This document shows positions 59,526-64,000 of a stretch of 64,000 nt of DNA, in pieces (position 1 is the first letter of the stretch; each line of letters opens with the position of its first letter). Under the pieces are notes generated by a model, which was not told the DNA's origin, ran no database searches, and saw only the letters and a list, made by a program, of their open reading frames with translations. Origin of the DNA: an uncultured Spirochaetota bacterium (GTDB lineage Bacteria > Spirochaetota > B62-G9 > CAZFGQ01); assembly GCA_964518675.1 (NCBI GenBank), contig CAZFGQ010000003.1, positions 759-64,758 on the forward strand. The letters are read 5' to 3'. The position numbers and the translations under genes were made by a program.

Positions 59526-60767
59526 ATGAACACAATTGATGAAAAGTTTATCGAGAGTTTATATCAAGACCTGACTCCCGTTACCCGGAACCGGGTTGAT
59601 GATACAGTATCAAAAATTGTAAAAATAAAAGAAAAAGGGCAAAAAGTTGTTGTTATGATGGGAAGTGGACCCAATATTCACGAAGGAGTTACCACCCTTG
59701 TTTCAGAGCTGATAAAAAAACATATAATAGATGGAGTCATTACAAGCTCAGCTGTGATAGCCCATGAAATGGCCGGTAGCCTTGATAGAGTAAAAAGGGT
59801 AAATGGAATTGAACTGGGGATCAACAGTGGTATTTTACCCCGGGGCGATATTTTTGAAATAACCCTAATGGATGAAGATACACTGAAGAAAATTCAGGAG
59901 GAGATGATTATCGACAATGAGCTGATAAAAAAAGCGCTTACCATGCCAGGAAACTCTATTATAAAAGCTGCGGGTAATATGGCATATCCTATGGGTTTAA
60001 GGACTGAAAAATTAGCAGTAGAAGTAGAACTCATTTCAAAAATCACCGGCAAACCTTTTGAATACATAGCTGGACTTGGAGCTGATAACAGAACAATGAT
60101 AGGAGCCGGAGCCCAGAACAATGTTCCTGTGATAGTCTCTGTGCCACAGCTTGTGGGAGGAGGAATGGTAGGTCTGTGTATTGCCGATAGCATACCAATA
60201 AAAGAAAGGTCAAAAGCTCTTGCTGATCTTTTGGAAAGTGCAACCCTCATAATAGAATCTGCTGTTGCTCTAACACAGGAAATACACGATGGACCTTTTG
60301 AGACATACACGGGTCATGGTATATGGTCTGCATGGACCGGTATAAAAACCTATTCACTCAAAAACAAAAGCATAGTAAGAATTGATCTCGATCCAAATCT
60401 TGAAAAGGCATGGGAAGCTGAAAAGAAAGACAGAGCGGTCCAGGAGGCAGTTGATAGGGGACTGCCAAAAACAAAGATGCTAAAAGTCCCATTCAGAATG
60501 GAAATGTCAGGCTTCGCAAGGCTTGAGGATAGTATACCAATAGTCGGGGACATTGGGGTAATATGGCCCATAATAGCCCTTAAGGTTTCAAAAGCTTTAA
60601 ATGTGCAACTTGACTTTATATCTTATCCGCAGGAAAGTGAACCCGGCAAAGAAATGAGAGAATGGATTGTCAAAGAAGTAAAGATCCTCGACAGAAATCT
60701 GATGATAGAAAAAGCAACTGGAGGAAAGACATACGCCGCTGAAATCTCCAAATTAATTGAAACATAA
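59526..60767 (+). CDS. Hypothetical protein, deoxyhypusine-synthase-like fold suspected
   Basis: KVVVMMGSGPNIHEGVTTLVSELIKKHIIDGVITSSAVIAHEMAG and GAGAQNNVPVIVSVP resemble DHS-like NAD-binding segments. ATG at 59526 after AAAGGGGTGA. Confidence 0.45.
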   Translation: MNTIDEKFIESLYQDLTPVTRNRVDDTVSKIVKIKEKGQKVVVMMGSGPNIHEGVTTLVSELIKKHIIDGVITSSAVIAHEMAGSLDRVKRVNGIELGINSGILPRGDIFEITLMDEDTLKKIQEEMIIDNELIKKALTMPGNSIIKAAGNMAYPMGLRTEKLAVEVELISKITGKPFEYIAGLGADNRTMIGAGAQNNVPVIVSVPQLVGGGMVGLCIADSIPIKERSKALADLLESATLIIESAVALTQEIHDGPFETYTGHGIWSAWTGIKTYSLKNKSIVRIDLDPNLEKAWEAEKKDRAVQEAVDRGLPKTKMLKVPFRMEMSGFARLEDSIPIVGDIGVIWPIIALKVSKALNVQLDFISYPQESEPGKEMREWIVKEVKILDRNLMIEKATGGKTYAAEISKLIET

Positions 60768-60804
60768 TAACAGATTCAGATATTGACAGTAGGAGGCATG
60801 GATA

Positions 60805-61545
60805 ATGAGAGTTATAGGAGTAATACCAGCACGCTATCATTCAACTCGCCTTGAGGGAAAACCTTTAAAAGATATAAATGGCAAACCAATGGTTCAATGG
60901 GTGTATGAGGGAGTTATAAAATCAAAGATTCTGGATGATGTTATAGTGGCAACCGACGATGAGAGGATAATAGATATAGTCAAGAGCTTTAACGGCAAAG
61001 CGGTTATGACTTCAAAGGAACATGCTTCTGGAACAGACAGGGTAGCAGAAGTTGCGGAATCGATTGATGCGGATATCATCGTGAACATCCAGGGAGACGA
61101 GCCATTTGTCAACCCAGGAATGATAGATGAAGTGGCAAAACCCCTTATTGATGATCCTGAGATTATGATGGGAACCCTGATGCATCCCATAAAAAACGAA
61201 GCAGACTATGACAACCCAAATGTAGTTAAGGTCGTATGCGATAAATCAGGCTTTGCTCTGTATTTTTCAAGATCTCTCATACCTTATCCAAGACACAGAG
61301 AGGGTTTTGTGGCATATGAGCATATTGGTATATACTCTTACAGAAAAGATTTCCTGCTGATGCTAAGAAACCTGGAACAAACGTATCTTGAAAAAATAGA
61401 ATCTCTTGAACAGCTGAGAGTTCTTGAAAATGGTTATAAAATTAAAGTTGTTGAAACAAAACAGGAATACATACCTTTAAGTGTTGATACCGCAGAAGAC
61501 CTTGAAAAAGCACGTATTTTTGCAAAATCCCTTAAAGAAAGGTAA
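60805..61545 (+). CDS. kdsB: 3-deoxy-manno-octulosonate cytidylyltransferase (CMP-KDO synthetase)
   Basis: IPARYHSTRLEGKPL, SGTDRVAE, NIQGDEP, LYFSRSLIPY, HIGIYSYR, ESLEQLRVLENG. Confidence 0.9.
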   Translation: MRVIGVIPARYHSTRLEGKPLKDINGKPMVQWVYEGVIKSKILDDVIVATDDERIIDIVKSFNGKAVMTSKEHASGTDRVAEVAESIDADIIVNIQGDEPFVNPGMIDEVAKPLIDDPEIMMGTLMHPIKNEADYDNPNVVKVVCDKSGFALYFSRSLIPYPRHREGFVAYEHIGIYSYRKDFLLMLRNLEQTYLEKIESLEQLRVLENGYKIKVVETKQEYIPLSVDTAEDLEKARIFAKSLKER

Positions 61546-61566
61546 ACTGGAGATAAGGAGTGAAGG

Positions 61567-62457
61567 ATGGGAAACTGGAACGGTGTAATATCCGCAATCA
61601 TAACTCCCATGAAAGAAGATGGCAGTGCTATAGATACCGGGCCTGTAAAAGATTACTGTGACTTTATAATAGATAAAGGTGTAAGCGGGATATTTGCTAT
61701 GGGAACTACCGGTGAAGGGCCACTTCTTTCACTGGAAGAGAAAAAAATTATATCAAAAAAAATAGTGGATTCCGTAAATGGAAGAACCAGGGTCATTATT
61801 CAGAGTGGATGCATTACAACAGAAGAAACAATTCAGTTAACAAGATACTCAAAAGACATCGGAGCCGATGCAGCGGGAATACTTATTCCATATTATTATA
61901 ATCTTGACGAAGAGGCTATCTTTGAACACTTTGCACGGGTAGCAGAAGCTGTACCAGATTTTCCAATCTTCATATACAATATCCCACAGTGCACCTGCAA
62001 TAATCTAAGTGTGAAATTATTTGAAAGGCTAATCAATGAAATCGATACTATTGCAGGAATTAAAACGAGCAATCCTGATATATTTCAGATTATCGGTTTC
62101 GTTCGGGCTGCGAAAAATAAATGCTCGGTGTTTATCGGCAGCGATGGCCTGGTTCTTGCTGGACTGTCCTCTGGGGCGAGCGGCGTAGTGTCGGGAAATG
62201 CTTCTGTATTTCCGGAACCATTGATAGATCTGTATAATGCATTCAACCGGGGTGAAAGAGAGAAGTGCATCGAATATCAGCAACTCGTAGATAAAATGAG
62301 AACGGCTCTTGGTGACGGATACTATATCGATGCCTATAAAAAAACCCTTTCTATTCTGGGAATAGAGGTTGGGAAGCCCAGAAAACCGAACAGAGAACTT
62401 ACTAAAGAAGAGTTCGAGAGACTAAGGAAATCCCTATCAGAACTGGGATTCCTTTAA
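61567..62457 (+). CDS. DapA/NanA-family class I aldolase
   Basis: MGTTGEG, FIYNIP (catalytic Tyr), GIKTS (Schiff-base Lys). Confidence 0.88.
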   Translation: MGNWNGVISAIITPMKEDGSAIDTGPVKDYCDFIIDKGVSGIFAMGTTGEGPLLSLEEKKIISKKIVDSVNGRTRVIIQSGCITTEETIQLTRYSKDIGADAAGILIPYYYNLDEEAIFEHFARVAEAVPDFPIFIYNIPQCTCNNLSVKLFERLINEIDTIAGIKTSNPDIFQIIGFVRAAKNKCSVFIGSDGLVLAGLSSGASGVVSGNASVFPEPLIDLYNAFNRGEREKCIEYQQLVDKMRTALGDGYYIDAYKKTLSILGIEVGKPRKPNRELTKEEFERLRKSLSELGFL

Positions 62458-63201
62458 CAAAGGGATTTCATATGTACAGGGCAATCCCACAACACACTTG
62501 CCACAGACACTTGGTGAACCAAGATCGGTATAGAGTTCTCCATTTTCAAGGCACCTCTGCCAGCAACTAAACCTGTTAAATCCTGAAACCCTGAGGGAAT
62601 CATTTACACATTTCTCAACACAAACAGTGCAACTCTCATCCCTCTTATAAAGACAATACTCATCATCATCCCTTGGTGAAGGTTGCATTTCAAGATCTAT
62701 TATAATTGAACTTGTTCTTCCGGCACATCCAGATTTAGTTATCAGCATATTATTTAGTCCGAATTTACCTATACCAGCAATATATCCTGCATGTCTATGT
62801 GACCACCTGCTGACAAGTTTTTCTCTATCAAAATTATGTGTTGGAAGGATAACAGCACACTTAATATTTTTCTTTCTGAAGAACTCTTTCAGCATCTCCG
62901 AAATTTCAACAAGCAACTGGTTCGTTGCGATATAGGAATAAGCCCAGAATCTTGAAGCGGAATTTCCCAAGAGGTTGCTTTCCACAACTCTTTTATCAAA
63001 TGGTATGAAGAAAACGACAACTGTTTTTGCTTCTGGAAGAAGTTCCTCCGGAAGAAAATGACCGGGGTAGGTAACCTCTCTCAGTCTTTTAAAAAGTGAA
63101 TCAGATGCATCGGCATAACCCACAATGGGCTCACGCCATAAACCTTCACGGTTTTTACTTCTCACAAAATCTACTATAAGATTTCTGATTTTTTCTTCCA
63201 C
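62437..63201 (-). CDS. QueG-like (epoxyqueuosine reductase family) Fe-S protein
   Basis: KTVVVFFIPF, WSHRHAGYIAGIGKFGLNNMLIT, C-terminal CxxCxxxC and CGKC…PC clusters. Confidence 0.72.
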   Translation of the reverse strand: MEEKIRNLIVDFVRSKNREGLWREPIVGYADASDSLFKRLREVTYPGHFLPEELLPEAKTVVVFFIPFDKRVVESNLLGNSASRFWAYSYIATNQLLVEISEMLKEFFRKKNIKCAVILPTHNFDREKLVSRWSHRHAGYIAGIGKFGLNNMLITKSGCAGRTSSIIIDLEMQPSPRDDDEYCLYKRDESCTVCVEKCVNDSLRVSGFNRFSCWQRCLENGELYTDLGSPSVCGKCVVGLPCTYEIPLLKESQF

Positions 63202-63285
63202 CCCGAATGGCTCCCCGAAGAATTATAAATGCGAAAGACTTTTTCAACTCATTAATTATATTCTTAATTTTCCTGGATTGGTTAA

Positions 63286-63732
63286 TTAAAACGGCTCGAG
63301 GAGCTCAAATCCAGTTTCTGGATCTTTCACTCTTTTCGCATAACTTCCGGTAAGCTCGATTATTATAACTTCAGCAACAACCCAGGTTCTGACCCCTCTT
63401 CTTATGCAACCAGCCACAGCTTTCCTCCTTCGCCCAGCAGTCACATGAATATGTGAAACAATTTTTCCTTCCTCATTTTTGACCAGCGTTCCCAAACCCA
63501 CGATCTCATAAGCATTATTTAAAAAGGTTTCCATGGGTATAACTCTAGCGCCATAAGGTTTCTTTGGTCCCACTACAAGTCTGCTTCCTTTACCAGCGCC
63601 TCCAAGCAGAAAAACAAGACCTGCTGAAATATTTTTTTCCGCCGCAAAGCACTCTACAGTTTCATGTATTACATCCCCATCCTCAAGTCTCAGGATGAAC
63701 ACCCTCCCCAGACTGGCTTCTGAATATTTCAT
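63286..63732 (-). CDS. PPC domain (DUF296) putative DNA-binding protein
   Basis: GRVFILRLEDGDVIHE, EIVGLGTL, HIHVTAG, EVIIIE. Confidence 0.85.
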   Translation of the reverse strand: MKYSEASLGRVFILRLEDGDVIHETVECFAAEKNISAGLVFLLGGAGKGSRLVVGPKKPYGARVIPMETFLNNAYEIVGLGTLVKNEEGKIVSHIHVTAGRRRKAVAGCIRRGVRTWVVAEVIIIELTGSYAKRVKDPETGFELLEPF

Positions 63733-64000
63733 GGCGACAGACCCTTATTCTTGATATTACAGATAAAAAAGTTTTTACTCTCCCCTATTCATCCAGAAGA
63801 TCATTGAGCCCTATCTTACCTTAATTTTCCTGATATTTCTACAAGTCGATTCCAATTTTCTCATATTTTAATCTTTTAATCTACCCCTAAATCATCCCAA
63901 TAATCCGATATATCACATACCTGTTCTTAAGTTCTCCTCAGGTAACTGTAGATGGATTGAGATTATTATATTAAATTTTGTTGTGAAAGTTAAACCTCAT

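Noticed and set aside
63-62283. Numerous short ORFs in the track antisense to or nested in real genes (e.g. 63-401, 16518-17018, 49565-50041, 58270-58731)
   Set aside because: They overlap well-supported genes on the opposite strand or frame and have no recognisable motifs; treated as shadow ORFs.
1-64000. CRISPR array, rRNA or tRNA genes
   Set aside because: I saw no regularly spaced direct repeats, cas genes, rRNA-like tracts or cloverleaf/T-loop signatures in the intergenic regions by eye. tRNAscan and Infernal would be needed to exclude them formally.
63740-64000. Possible gene at the right edge
   Set aside because: No sustained ORF or recognisable motif in the six frames examined.

Overview
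Bacterial chromosomal window, AT-rich and gene-dense. It is most likely from a spirochaete-like anaerobe; this is inferred from the membrane-anchored TPR-Mrr protein, tandem LysM-M23 genes and the flgF-flgG-short flgJ block. Most of it is housekeeping and metabolism: ECF/PanT/CoaX pantothenate salvage, nucleoside salvage, rsmA, pyk, ltaE, pckG, glnA, trxA, rnj, dut, acnA, adk and sppA. A decaying accessory patch at about 15.0-20.7 kb holds a truncated MenA-like gene, a hybrid kinase split by one TAA, two IS21 istB halves and a shattered FAD/Fe-S oxidoreductase. The main surprises are: (1) a 1734-aa protein resembling the type IX secretion translocon SprA, whose start overlaps flgJ and which is followed by two paralogous predicted beta-barrel proteins, one with a FecR domain; (2) an IclR-TRAP operon combining KdsB, a DapA-family aldolase and a deoxyhypusine-synthase-like unknown, a possible KDO scavenging pathway; (3) a riboswitch-like aptamer with overlapping terminator upstream of pckG; (4) a sigma54 promoter with three novel palindromic upstream sites at glnA; (5) two copies of a ~160-bp MITE-like element. 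I recognised no rRNA, tRNA or CRISPR array. All family assignments come from reading motifs by eye and from memory, not from database searches.
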